A DNA stretch of 63,384 nucleotides, filler included, from Octopus bimaculoides (lineage: Eukaryota), in NCBI RefSeq assembly GCF_001194135.2. It is 8 parts of 8 records of this genome, joined end to end, with 100 filler letters (N's around TTAATTAATTAA, not from the genome) between each part and the next. Parts side by side here need not be neighbours in the genome. Positions count along the whole stretch, not along the records: positions 9,713 to 32,218 come from NC_068982.1; 7 more parts are not named here. The stretch is one strand, 5' to 3'. The notes beneath the pieces are model-generated. The model had not been told where the DNA came from, made no database searches, and saw nothing but the letters and a program-made list of their open reading frames with translations. This document shows positions 12,829-24,206 of this stretch, one piece after another (within the stretch, counting starts at the first letter, position 1; the number at the start of each line of letters is the position of its first letter). The translations under genes and the position numbers were made by a program.

Positions 12829-13195
12829 TTTACATCATTCTGACAGTCTCCAGAGAAACAAGCAGCCAAACTGTTTATATGCTCAACAAATGCAGCAGTT
12901 ACTCTATGGAGTCCCTAATTTTCACACCGAAAGTGTTTAACACTCTATAAATACCAGCGGCCCGTCAACGGAGATCTCAGTCCACACAATATAAAGGTAT
13001 GATATATATATGTAACATATGGTATAATTATAAACAGGGCAAACTTTAGCCATTTCTGTGCAGACTGAAAAAAATGATGAACAACCTTAATCAATGTTTG
13101 AACCTTATTGGGTTCTCATCAGGGCGTCTACATCATTCTGACAGTCTCCAGAGACGTATGTATATATATATATATATATATATATNNNNNNNNNN

Positions 13196-13445
13196 CTTGG
13201 GGTTAAGAGCGCGGGCTACTAACCCCAAGATTTCGAGTTCGACTCCAGGCAGTGACCTTAATAATAATAATAATAATAATAATAACATCGAAAAATACCT
13301 TAGGAATGAGAACCCAGGTTCGAAATTTCTCCATAACACCTGATGAAGGCTGGAGGGTATATCAGCCGAAACGTTGTGTTAACAACAAACAAGATGACAA
13401 ATATCCGTCAAATGTAAATAATGCAAATAATGAAAATTCTTGTAT
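13196..13445 (+). mobile_element. tRNA-headed SINE with hammerhead-containing tail, copy 2
   Basis: GGTTAAGAGCGCGGGCTACTAACCCCAAGATTTCGAGTTCGACTCC head, (AAT)n, then the tail shared with the copies at 325, 35100 and 35296. Confidence 0.88.
13334..13381 (+). ncRNA. Minimal (dimer-dependent) type I hammerhead in the SINE tail
   Basis: TAACAC CTGATGA A GGCTG GAGGGTATAT CAGCC GAAA CG TT GTGTTA. Helix I is 6 bp, helix II is 5 bp, there is an extra A after A9, and helix III is only the ACGT palindrome. Predicted cut after 13375. Confidence 0.8.
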
Positions 13446-15674
13446 AAGAATAATAAATTTGTATTCTACAAAAGTATAGAGTAACCCATCAGATTAGATT
13501 AATGTAAAATTGTGTTTATTATGACTGAGCATAAATGCAAACATTAATATATCTTAATGTATAAATATATCTATGTATATTTTAATGCATTGAGCGCGGA
13601 AGCTGGACAGTGGAATTGATAAATGATTCATGTTTTATTTTTTAAGAAAATTTATTTTATCTTGTACGCATGACTCCTCACAGTGGGAAAGAGGGAGACA
13701 AGTTGTTCTCAAACCGAAGACCTGGCCCGAATTCATGCAACAGAGCAAGGCCTGCTAAAGACATCTAAAGATGCCAGGTGGTGGCGTTAAACCCGGCGGT
13801 AGTTTAAATTCACCACCCATGTACACCGCGAATGGATTCGAACTTAGAACGCAAAGAGCAGGAACAAGTACTGCAAGGAATCTGATCTGACTTCCTTACT
13901 GTTCTGCCAATCTGCCATCGAGGATTGATCCTTTTTTTTTTTATCGAACTGAATGGACGAAAAAGAAATTTGCGCTCAGCAGGATTTGAACTCAGCCTGT
14001 CAGTGCGAGAATCGGAATAAATACCGAGAGACATTCAATCAGACGCTTTGCCAATGTTTTACGGTTACCCGTTCAATTCCACTCGTAAGATATATCAGTG
14101 TCATATGAATGGGCTAACTTTATTTCTTCTTGGACAAAAACTGAAGGTAAACACAGATTCCACAGCAATAGTTACCAGTTCAATTCCCCTCGTAAGAAAC
14201 ACTGCTTGTAATAAACCAGTCATATGAATGGAAGTAATTTATCTCTCTTTGGACAGAAACTGCAGATAAATACAAAGTCCAATGCAACAGTATCTATTTA
14301 AGTGTCAGCTTGTTTATGTATATTTGTTTTCGTGATTGTTATTACTTTTAGTCATTAAAAAAACTGTCCACCGAAAAATGAGACACACCCTTTACAAATT
14401 GCTTACATCGATCACGATTAGAGTTAAGTTGACGTTGTTGGATCAATTAAAACACACAATCACACACATGCGTGTGCGTCCTCACACATCAATGTCTATA
14501 ATTATACCTATAATACATACATATATGTATCTGTCTATTTGTGTGTATGTATGTACTTATATATACATACACAATTCATACATATACATAATACATACAT
14601 ACATACATATATATATATNNNNNNNNNNNNNNNNNNNNNNNNNNNNNNNNNNNNNNNNNNNNNNNNNNNNNNNNNNNNNNNNNNNNNNNNNNNNNNNNNN
14701 NNNNNNNNNNNNNNNNNNNNNNNNNNNNNNNNNNNNNNNNNNNNNNNNNNNNNNNNNNNNNNNNNNNNNNNNNNNNNNNNNNNNNNNNNNNNNNNNNNNN
14801 NNNNNNNNNNNNNNNNNNNNNNNNNNNNNNNNNNNNNNNNNNNNNNNNNNNNNNNNNNNNNNNNNNNNNNNNNNNNNNNNNNNNNNNNNNNNNNNNNNNN
14901 NNNNNNNNNNNNNNNNNNNNNNNNNNNATATATATGTGTGTGTGTGTACAGACACATGTATGTGTATCTGTGTGCGTGTAATGTATGTGTGTGTGTGTGT
15001 GTGTGTGTGTGATTATATACTTAATACATGCAGTTTTGTTTACAAGCGCACACATTTTTACTATGTACACAGTGGAGCGTCCACGTGTCCGAACCAGCAT
15101 CATTCACCCGTATCTGTTTGCAATTAATTTGAACCTCCTATCCGTTACCTCTGATTGCATTGGAACAACGGTAATGCCGTGAATCGATCACCCGCATGGC
15201 GCGGAACGTCCAGCGAGTCTTCCGCCTTGTTAAAACACTGTTTGTAAGAGAGCGAGATCGGAGGTAACTTCCGGTTATTTGTGATTGCATTGTATAATGT
15301 ATGTGTGCTGTGATGGCTGGTGATGGATGTCGTTGGGTGGGGAGGAAGCATTGGGTAAAGTTTCTTCTATACTGTAAGTCAATCATCATGAAAATATTTG
15401 AATAACAACGGTGAAACGTAAAAAGAAATTAGAGAAGAGCGAAGAATAACGAAGACGAACGAAGAATAACGAAGAACAATGGCAAATTTCAAAAGAATAA
15501 TGAAGGAAAATGATGGATTTAGTTGAAGAAACTAAAAGTAGAATAATGAAGGAAAAGCGTAGAAGAAAATGTGTTAGACCGGAAATAAGCATTATTTGAA
15601 TATGTATATTACGTAAAACGGCAGTCATTTCTATATTGTAATTAGTAGTATAATGGTATATTTAATATAGTATA

Positions 15675-16130
15675 ATCAGAAGGCGACAAATTCGTCGAAT
15701 CGTTACAACGCTGGGAAAAATGTTTAGCAACATTTTGTCCGTCTTTACGTTTTTTTTTTTTGAGTTCAAATTCCGCTGAGGTTGACATTGCTTTCCATCC
15801 TTTTGAATTCAAGAAAATAAGTACAAATTGAACACTGAGGTCGATGTAACCAACTTACTACCTCACCTGAAGTTGCTGGCCTTGTGCCAAAATTTGAAAC
15901 TAATATAGTATAATTAGTATAGTAAGGCGGTAAGCTAATAGAATCGTTAGCACATCGGACAAAACGCTGAGGGGCATTTCTTCCGGCTCTTTACGTTCTG
16001 AGTTCAAATCCCACCGAGGTCAAGTTTGCCCTTTCTCATCATCTCTTCGGTGGTTGTTAGAATAGTGTACCAGTCAAGTACTGGGTAAATGTAATCGATG
16101 CTTCTACCCTTTAAAATTGCTGGCTTTGAA
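15675..16130 (+). mobile_element. Two adjacent decayed SINEs (same family as 28-250)
   Basis: Two runs of GAGTTCAAAT...GAGGT(T/C)...TTGC..TTT..CATC...AAGTAC...TGTAA(C/T)C. Confidence 0.75.
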
Positions 16131-16717
16131 TTCTGCAATAGGCTGGCGTCCTGTTCAGTGAGGTATGTTGTGATCTCCGTCACTTATAGGCCATAGAAAC
16201 CAGGTATTCAACTTATGAGATCTAGAGTTCAAGAAAAAGAAAATTAGGATGGTATAATTAGTATAAATATACAGATTATTTTCTAAGAGGCAACTATAAA
16301 ATTGTGTAAGCTTTATTACATTGGCAATATGTGTAATATTTATAAACTAACATAGCAAGGAAACTGGTTTTGATCTTATTAGAAAGATATTTCACTCCTT
16401 CTTTGGGAAAGTCATGAACATCACAATGTTCCATTTCCTTAATTTCCCTTTACAATACAGAGCTTTGTGTCTTGATCTAAAACAGCCGCAAAGGTATTCG
16501 TTGGGGAGTGACGTAGATTAAGGTGGGGAAACCCGCGGCAAGTCTAGACCACGATCCGAATTTAAGCCTTGTTTCAAACAATTCTGTTAAATATAGTTTT
16601 AACCCGAATATTTTATTATAGAGATGGTAAATGTTGTAAACTAACTCTAAAATTTCGATGCGCTGAGTCTCTGAGTTGGTTTCATATACATTTTTTCCTT
16701 CAGATAAGTAAAATGGC

Positions 16718-16919
16718 TACTGTATTTGATGGCATATAAGCTGCACCTTTTCACAAAAAAGCCCCAGAAAAGTGCATCAACATCTTGGATTCGATATGCG
16801 AAGTCGGTCCTATATATTACATGTTTTTATGCACTAAACACTTTTCTCTTGAATATACGCTACTGAAATTGGGGTGCGTTTAATGTGCCCGTGCGTATTT
16901 TATGCCTTCAAATACGATA
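16718..16919. mobile_element. Probable MITE
   Basis: Imperfect terminal inverted repeats TACTGTATTTGATGGCATATAAG / TTTTATGCCTTCAAATACGATA, with internal GCTGCACC / GGGGTGCG. Confidence 0.5.
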
Positions 16920-19349
16920 TGTTCTTGGTTCCCAAGGAAATTACTCTTATCATAAGGTGCACAGTCAACTTTTAGCATTGCTTAGGTTTCTTTTAATTAG
17001 GGTAAAGGTTCTATATTTTCAAAGACGTTCATACTTTTTCCAAGACTATTAGTTTGGAATCGAAAGGAAATGGCTTCAATCAAGAAACGAAACCGGATCA
17101 CATTCTTGATTCTCAGCTTACGCTTTACTTTTCAGTGCTTCCACAAATAATATATTGCCATATAAAACAGCAAACAAAAGATGTTGCTGTAACTAGAAAA
17201 AAATATGTAGAAAAACAACACCAACAACATAATAGGAAGAATATATTTCTTTTTAATCAAACATTTTGCAAAAAACAAAAAGCCAAAAGAAAAACTAAAT
17301 AAAGAAAAAAATTCCAGCAACAATCAAATGTGCCTGATTTGGAATGTTAAATAGGTTTTCAATAACAACTGCAAAAAAAAAAAAAAAAAAAACCTTGAGC
17401 GAAAAAATTTTAACGTAAAAAAACCCCAGAAAAATATAATTTGCAATTATTCTTTAAAATTGATCAAATATGATATTTTCATTGAAAAATTTCTTTAAGT
17501 TATTGTAAAATGAATAATTTCTTAATAGGAATGATTGACCTAATGTAAAAGGTTAGCTCTTGGTTACATGAGTCTTTAATCTGATTAACTAGTTGAGATC
17601 ATTCGATTTTAAATACGGTATTGATTGTTGATTGTGTTCTTTTGCTACCAGTCAAGTACAATGCCAATTTTCGAACAGAGTCTCGAGCATTTACGGTATC
17701 GATCACAAGAATTTCCGAAAAATGGTTAGTATATACCGGTATGAATGAATGCCATTAACGAACGAGTATGTTCCATGCTTGTTAATCCTGCACTGGTTTC
17801 TTTCTCAGTTATTTTCACGTTGGTTTTTTTTTCATGCATCTTATACAGTTTCATTCACACCCGCCTGTGACATTCCAATGTTATGTTGCATAACGAAATC
17901 AATATTTATTTAAATTCTCTGTGAGGAATCTCAGAAACATCTTAATCATTCTAGCCAAAATTTTCATCAAAGATCAGTGTTTCAGTGCAATGAATTCTCG
18001 CATTATTTTATCAATAAAAGTCTTACTACATGAACACTTTTGTCAACAATGTTTTTAGTAATGCTAAAAATTATAACTAAATTTGAATTGCTTTACAGCT
18101 AATTTAAAAAGAAAACAACAAAAGTTGGTAATTCTAAAATTTGGCCAGTGTCCTTCACCTACAGCAGAGCAAACAGAGCTGTTTTAAGGAAAGCGATCTG
18201 TTCATACCATTTTCATAAGTTTCTCCAAAATATCTATACTTTTTATCAGACTTCTAGTTAGCCCTCGTTTCATATGTTCTGAGTAATATAAAGCTTTCAT
18301 TTCATAAGCCCTAAGTTAGTCTGGTAATGGAAAAAATGGGTATGTGTATCATACATGATGCATGGATGCCAGAGAAATATATCCTCTGTAATACATGTGA
18401 TACACAAGACAGGCAAAGGATTAATAAACAGAAATTAAGAATGTCTGTTGTAGGTATCATACTTACTAATCTAAAACCTTCTCATAAAGTAAAATGTGAA
18501 GGTGTCAGAAATTCTGTTACAGGTTTGGTTCTCACTTCGAGCCGAACATTAAATTTCGTTTCGACAATGCAACCATGGAGCTGGTGCGATGTGTGTGTGT
18601 TTAAATATCTTTTATCTTTTACCTGTTTCAGTTATTAGACTGCGGCCATGCTGGGGTACTTCCCCGAAGAATTTTAGTTGAACGAATCGATCCCAGTACT
18701 TATTTTTTAAAAGATTGGTATTTATTCTATCTCTCACTTTTGCCGGATCTCTAAGTCACGGAGACGCAAACACACCAACATATATGTATGTATATACATA
18801 CACATATATATCTTTACACACATAATATGATATAGACATGTACACTTATAAACTTAGACACGCAAATATGTCATGTATTTAACTTATGTCCACATAATAT
18901 AAATTTCAGATCCTAATTTTTTTGGTTGGTTTCGTTTTGAAATGCATTCATTCATTTTCGATCTCACCACTACAAACCCATCACACTATCATTTTAAATA
19001 TATTTCAACAATATTAACCCTCCAAACATGTGGATAATATTCACTTTTCTCATCTTATGTGCCTCTTCTGAAACATAAGGGACTGACAGCTACTAGATTC
19101 AAACACATTTTATGCTCGTCAATTGAAATTTCTCTACTTTTTGTAGTATCCCGAGCGTAAAACTAATACATCTGTTTGTTGTTTACACATCCGTTTTCGT
19201 CTTCTGTCTTTTTTTTTTGTAAATTCTAACTACATACACACACACACATACATACATGCATGCATACATACATGCATGCATACATACATAAGCACATGCA
19301 TACACACATATACACACACACACATACATACATACATAGTCTGATCACC

Positions 19350-19480
19350 TTTTGTACTTACACCTTAGATCTACTATGGCGTCTGATGTGGCTTTTGAAA
19401 CCAGACAACGTTTTGAAAAGACACCCACATAAATTGTATATCTATTTTGGACCATCAAGAGCGGCAGTTAAGTTCTGATC
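19350..19480 (-). mobile_element. Short 3' remnant of an RTE-like LINE
   Basis: Minus frame YNLCGCLFKTLSGFKSHIRRH resembles the C-terminal C2H2-like motif of RTE ORF2; compare RAGLISHQR at 28.1 kb. Confidence 0.4.
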
Positions 19481-20237
19481 CTTGTGGATCTTCAAATATG
19501 TGTACATACATACATACATACATACACATGCACACACACATATACATATATATATTAAAAACAAGAATAGACAGGCTTATGTTAAAGTTCCTACGCGCTT
19601 TTCACCATTATAGTTGACTGGAGCCCTTCGATACAAGTTCTAAATGCAAATAGATGCTTAACAAGAACGAATGCTCTGGGAATACTTCATTATATCAGGT
19701 TATAGATTACTATGTTCCTATCTGTAACTTGATACAATAAAGTGTTCCCTGAGGATTCGTTGTGGTTGAGTATGTATATGCATTTAGAACTACTGCAGGG
19801 CTCCAAAAAACTATAATGGTGAAATGGTCATAGGAACTTTAATATAGACTCGTATTTATTTTTTATTTTTCCTACGTTTGCTCTGCAGCTCACAACAAGT
19901 TATACTACTCAGTATAGAAATTACTTAACAACTATACAGAAAGCAAACTGAATTATAAAAGTCTAGACATAACAGTAGCAGTCGTACATCTAGCTATATG
20001 CACACAATTTATTCTACACACACACACACACGTTGAGTTAGCCTCTTGCTTCTTTTAGTTATGATTTTGAGGCAAGTCGTAACTAATCTGAAGACACTAC
20101 ACATACAGCTGAAACTCAGAGAAGCAAGCGATTGACTTGATCAAAATAAAAAAAATGTTATTAATCGCGCGTTTGGTATCGAGTACTCCTTCTTCCGTCA
20201 GTTAACACTATTCACACACACACACACACATATCCTT

Positions 20238-21206
20238 TTATTTCAATGAAATGAAAAGAATATAACTGATGACGAACACTAATATAGTTAAAGAGGCATC
20301 CCATTTGTTGGCATTAGATTTAATAAATTCCATTTTAAAAGTTAAGCTTGGACACACTGAATCTGTAATAGTAGAACTGTTGCATACGTCTGTTTTGTTC
20401 AGCTGCGATAAAGATATGCCAGCCAGACTAGGTGGAGCTAAGCAAGTTATATATTCCAAATTTGCATACGAAGTTAAAACTTTTTCCATCAACCAAACGC
20501 TGTTACAATCACAGGTCGTGTTTGCTTTAATTTTTAGTAAGGATATATTATGAAAATCATTACAACCAAATTGAATAATTTTGCTTTTTACTGCAACAAA
20601 ACCCGCGAGTGTTCCATTGCTTACAGCCTGTGCTTGCATATCTTCGATAGTACTGGAGGCTATAATGAGTTTAGATGTGATTTTATTGAATGCTGCTGTC
20701 TGTATTGTATTAACATTACTTTTGTAAATGTTAAAGGATGCGGCATTGATTTCAGAGAAAGCAAAGGATTCAATAGTATCAACAGACTCGTTAAGGAACA
20801 TGAACTTGGTGATGTTTAGATTTCTGAAAGCATATGGCTCAATTTTCTTAATGCTTGAATGGCTAATAAGTAGTAGTTCGACATTCCCCAAACCTTCGAA
20901 AGCGTTCGTTTTGATTGTGCTGATATTAAGATACTGCAATACGAGAGTGTCAATTGATGTATTTGGTTGCATTTTGATGACAGGAGCCGGTATATCTACC
21001 AATGTTTCCCCTTTATTATCAAAACTTACTCTTTTAAATTTTCCTGCCGGTAAAGAAAGTGGTAAACTTTCAACACTACATTTTATTTTACCGATTGATT
21101 TGCATTCACAAAAATCCGGGCATGGTATCTTGGTGTATACTTTATTTGCCAGTGCCACTGTTTTAAGAACGAATATGAAGAAAACAGCAATCATGGAGTT
21201 GGGCAT
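20238..21206 (-). CDS. Extracellular leucine-rich-repeat protein, ~322 aa, with signal peptide and probable GPI anchor
   Basis: Signal peptide MPNSMIAVFFIFVLKTVALA; LRRNT CPDFCEC...C; repeats IKTNAFEGL, IEPYAFRNL, IESFAFSEI, IQTAAFNKI; LRRCT CDCNSVWL...ITCLAPPSLAG; terminal hydrophobic tail after SNA with no cytoplasmic part. A good acceptor TTTCTTCTATTTTAG|G at 21242/21241 argues that the start is 21206 (or 21194), not 21266. Confidence 0.9.
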   Translation of the reverse strand: MPNSMIAVFFIFVLKTVALANKVYTKIPCPDFCECKSIGKIKCSVESLPLSLPAGKFKRVSFDNKGETLVDIPAPVIKMQPNTSIDTLVLQYLNISTIKTNAFEGLGNVELLLISHSSIKKIEPYAFRNLNITKFMFLNESVDTIESFAFSEINAASFNIYKSNVNTIQTAAFNKITSKLIIASSTIEDMQAQAVSNGTLAGFVAVKSKIIQFGCNDFHNISLLKIKANTTCDCNSVWLMEKVLTSYANLEYITCLAPPSLAGISLSQLNKTDVCNSSTITDSVCPSLTFKMEFIKSNANKWDASLTILVFVISYILFISLK

Positions 21207-21714
21207 CTTCCAGGGTTTAATAGAAACGAGTTCAAGTCTACCTAAAATAGAAGAAACATTAACCATTATTGAAATATCAAATAAACCACGATTTATTATG
21301 AAACTTGGTTTAAGTGTAAAGATAGAATAATAAATTAAAAAGTTGTTGATATAATTCTTTTACGAATAAAAGGGATTGGATGATACGGTAGAAAGATGAA
21401 CAAATGACTTTTCAGTATTTAACCTCTGCTTCTATACAGTCTAATGGCCAATCATTCTGAAGTTGATTTTGACATTCATCTCTCTGCTGTTGACTATTCA
21501 TATAATTGAATTGATCCAAACGATGATCTCTGAAAATAGACCGCTTTCATCTCGGAAGATGAGGCTTGCGCTCCGAAAATTTACATTCTTGTGCAAATGA
21601 AGTAAATCCCTATATTTTTTTTATGACCGTAAATGTGATGAGTTAGCATAATGGCTCAAGCCGGAATATTTGCCGACATGTTTCCTTAATCATCAATATT
21701 TGATCTAAGGGAGT

Positions 21715-21925
21715 TGAGCTTGCCTAATCGTTAGCATGTTGGACTAAATACTTAGCGGCATTTCCTCTGGCTTTAATCTCTGTTTCAAATTTTGACGAAG
21801 TCGACTTTGTCTTTTATCCTTTCGGGGGTGATAAAATAAGTACCAGTTGAGCACTAGGGTCGATGTAATCGACTAGCTGTCTCATCCTGCAAAATTTCAG
21901 GCCTTGTGTCAATAGTAAAAAATAT
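21715..21925 (+). mobile_element. SINE (family of 28-250)
   Basis: GTCGACTTTGTCTTTTATCCTTTCGGGG...AAGTACCAGTTGAGCACTAGGGTCGATGTAATCGAC. Confidence 0.8.
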
Positions 21926-22224
21926 TATCAACAAAGTTCGTCTTCGAAAATTGCTTGGCAGTAAATGAAATAGTTATTCTCGTCTCTCTATACTCATTCT
22001 GAATTTAAGTTTTGTCAGGGTCAACTACACTCCTCATCATTCTGACTTCAATAAAATTAGTACCAGTACATCGGTGTTTATATAGCATATACAATACGTA
22101 AACAAACGTGAAAGCGCACTAGCTGTAATATTTTGCCTCAGGGAAACTTCTAAAAGAGACATGTATGTTAAAACTCATAGGATTTCACTCAGTACCATTA
22201 TCATAATGGAAGAATTAATTTGGT

Positions 22225-22395
22225 TTCAAATTTTGGCACAAAGCCAGCCAGTTCAGAGGAGGAGGCAAGTCGATTACATCGACCCCAGTTCTCAACTGTC
22301 ACTTATTTTATCGACCCTGAAAAGATGAAAGATAAAGTTGACCTCTGCGAAATTTGAACTCAGAACGTAAAGACAGACGAAAGCTCGCCACCTTG
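22225..22395 (-). mobile_element. SINE (family of 28-250), minus orientation
   Basis: Reverse complement of the same central block (GTCGATTACATCGACCCCAG...GAAAGATAAAGTTGACC...TTTGAACTCAGAAC). Confidence 0.75.
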
Positions 22396-22914
22396 TTGAA
22401 CGAATTAATTTGACTGCAAAATAATGTCAAATCAGAAGAAGCCAATATTTTTATTGATACTATGAACGCTATAGAGTAGTCAGTAATAAGTTCAGAAAAA
22501 TTAAGTTTGCAAGCCGGTTTCGAATTATAGTTGATAATAATATATTTTATTTTATTTCCACTTTTTTCTCTTCTGGTCGCTGAATAACAACCATAATCCT
22601 CAGTTCAAAAGATGTTAACGGTTGTTCACTCTCGGAACGAAGTGACTCTGGTCAGTGTCATCGATATAGTTCCATCTTCTAGGATCCTGTGAGTTTTATC
22701 GTTGGTCGATTTTCGCTTGATTCCTGCGCCGAAACCGTACATCCGCCATGTTGTTTCTCAAGACTTCTGGTGGTGATTTTCGTTTAGTCTTATCCCTGGC
22801 TTCAAACTTGGCCAGGACTAAATTCCCTTCTCCATTCCCCCATCCTGGTATAATTCTTTGGTTTTGTAGGGATATGCAAGCATCACTACCACTATCAGAT
22901 TCAACCTGATAATG

Positions 22915-22920
22915 ATAATT

Positions 22921-23006
<86 letters not shown>

Positions 23007-23145
23007 GGTGGTAGTTACGATGATGATAAAGACGACGATGGTGATGATGACGATGATGATGATGACGATGATGATGATGACGATGATGAAGCTAATAATG
23101 ATGACGACGACGACGACGATGATGATGATGATGATGATGATTTCC
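22915..23145. repeat. Compound (GAT)n/(GGT)n/(GAC)n microsatellite
   Basis: Directly visible; it is the source of the poly-M and poly-I ORFs. Confidence 0.95.
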
Positions 23146-24175
23146 CCTTTCCACCCACCCCCCCAAAAAAAATCACGATAGGATATCACACAACTACACT
23201 CCTCTTTCCCGATAAATTGCAAATCCCCGTGAGAAATAAATAGACTTTATTAACGAGAAGCTACTGTGTTTAACAGTCAATGTTTATCTCTTCATATACA
23301 CTAATATGAGTAGTATGAATATTGACGTACAGTATTCAAAGAGAAATGCTAGCTACAGACACAGCAATAAAGAGACGGGATGGAAGCTTTATTAAGTATT
23401 AGTATAGCAGTGTTTAGGGGCAATGTCAGCTCATTGACACACATCTGAAGCTAATGATCACTGTTAATTATCATTATCTAGCCACAGATTTTAGGGGTTG
23501 AATATTATTAGGGTAATTACGGATACGATTAAAGGAAAATAAATTAAAAGTATTAATTTCCTTTACGCTTCTACCGTCCCCTTATCGCAAAGTACAGGAT
23601 GTTATATTTATAAGTGAAGCAAAATGAGATTGCATGACATCCATGTCTTTCTCGATAGCGTTAACAAAGGAAGAAACGAGAAGGAAATGACTACAACTAC
23701 AAATGAGAACTGAAATAGTTTCGTTGACCACGGATTTCTTTTCCCGAGAGATCAGTGTTTTTTGTCTATTGTGGACTATTTTTTTATTGTAAATTTTGGT
23801 TATTGTTTTCTCCGCCTTTTTTTTTTTGTTTCTGAGAAATGATTAAAATAGCTTGTGAAGCAAAGCGAACCAGATATCAAGAATTATGTTACGAATTACG
23901 GCACTGTTTTCACGGTCCATAGGATCTCATGACTTACATTATAGTTTTTCAAATGAATGCTGATAGCTATCATCATTACATGGATACGAAACTCTATACA
24001 GACAAACAAAGAGCGCATGTACACACGCACACATACATACACACACATGAGCATACATGCATACGTACCTACATATATGTAATCATAAATTCACATATCT
24101 GTGAATTCCCAAGAGTCATCTTGACTTAAACGAAAGAGCCTAGTTAATGTCAGATTTGAATTCTGTAAGGAAAAT

Positions 24176-24206
<31 letters not shown>

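Larger units (their letters stand above)
12073..13155 (-). mobile_element. Tandem array of ~299-303-bp monomers, each with a type I hammerhead (non-LTR retrozyme-like), about 2.5 units, interrupted by a SINE
   Basis: Units start near 12073, 12721 and 13013. The CTGATGA cores (plus-strand TCATCAG) lie at 12177-12183, 12817-12823 and 13116-13122; spacing is 299 bp, and 640 bp minus a ~337-bp insertion. Confidence 0.88.

Noticed and set aside
21207-21266. N-terminal extension MVNVSSILGRLELVSIKPWK of the LRR ORF
   Set aside because: It spans a strong splice acceptor at 21242 and precedes the signal peptide; probably intron plus UTR.
20728-21330. 200-aa plus-strand ORF and the smaller plus ORFs at 20269 and 20550
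   Set aside because: Antisense shadows of the LRR gene with no recognisable motifs.
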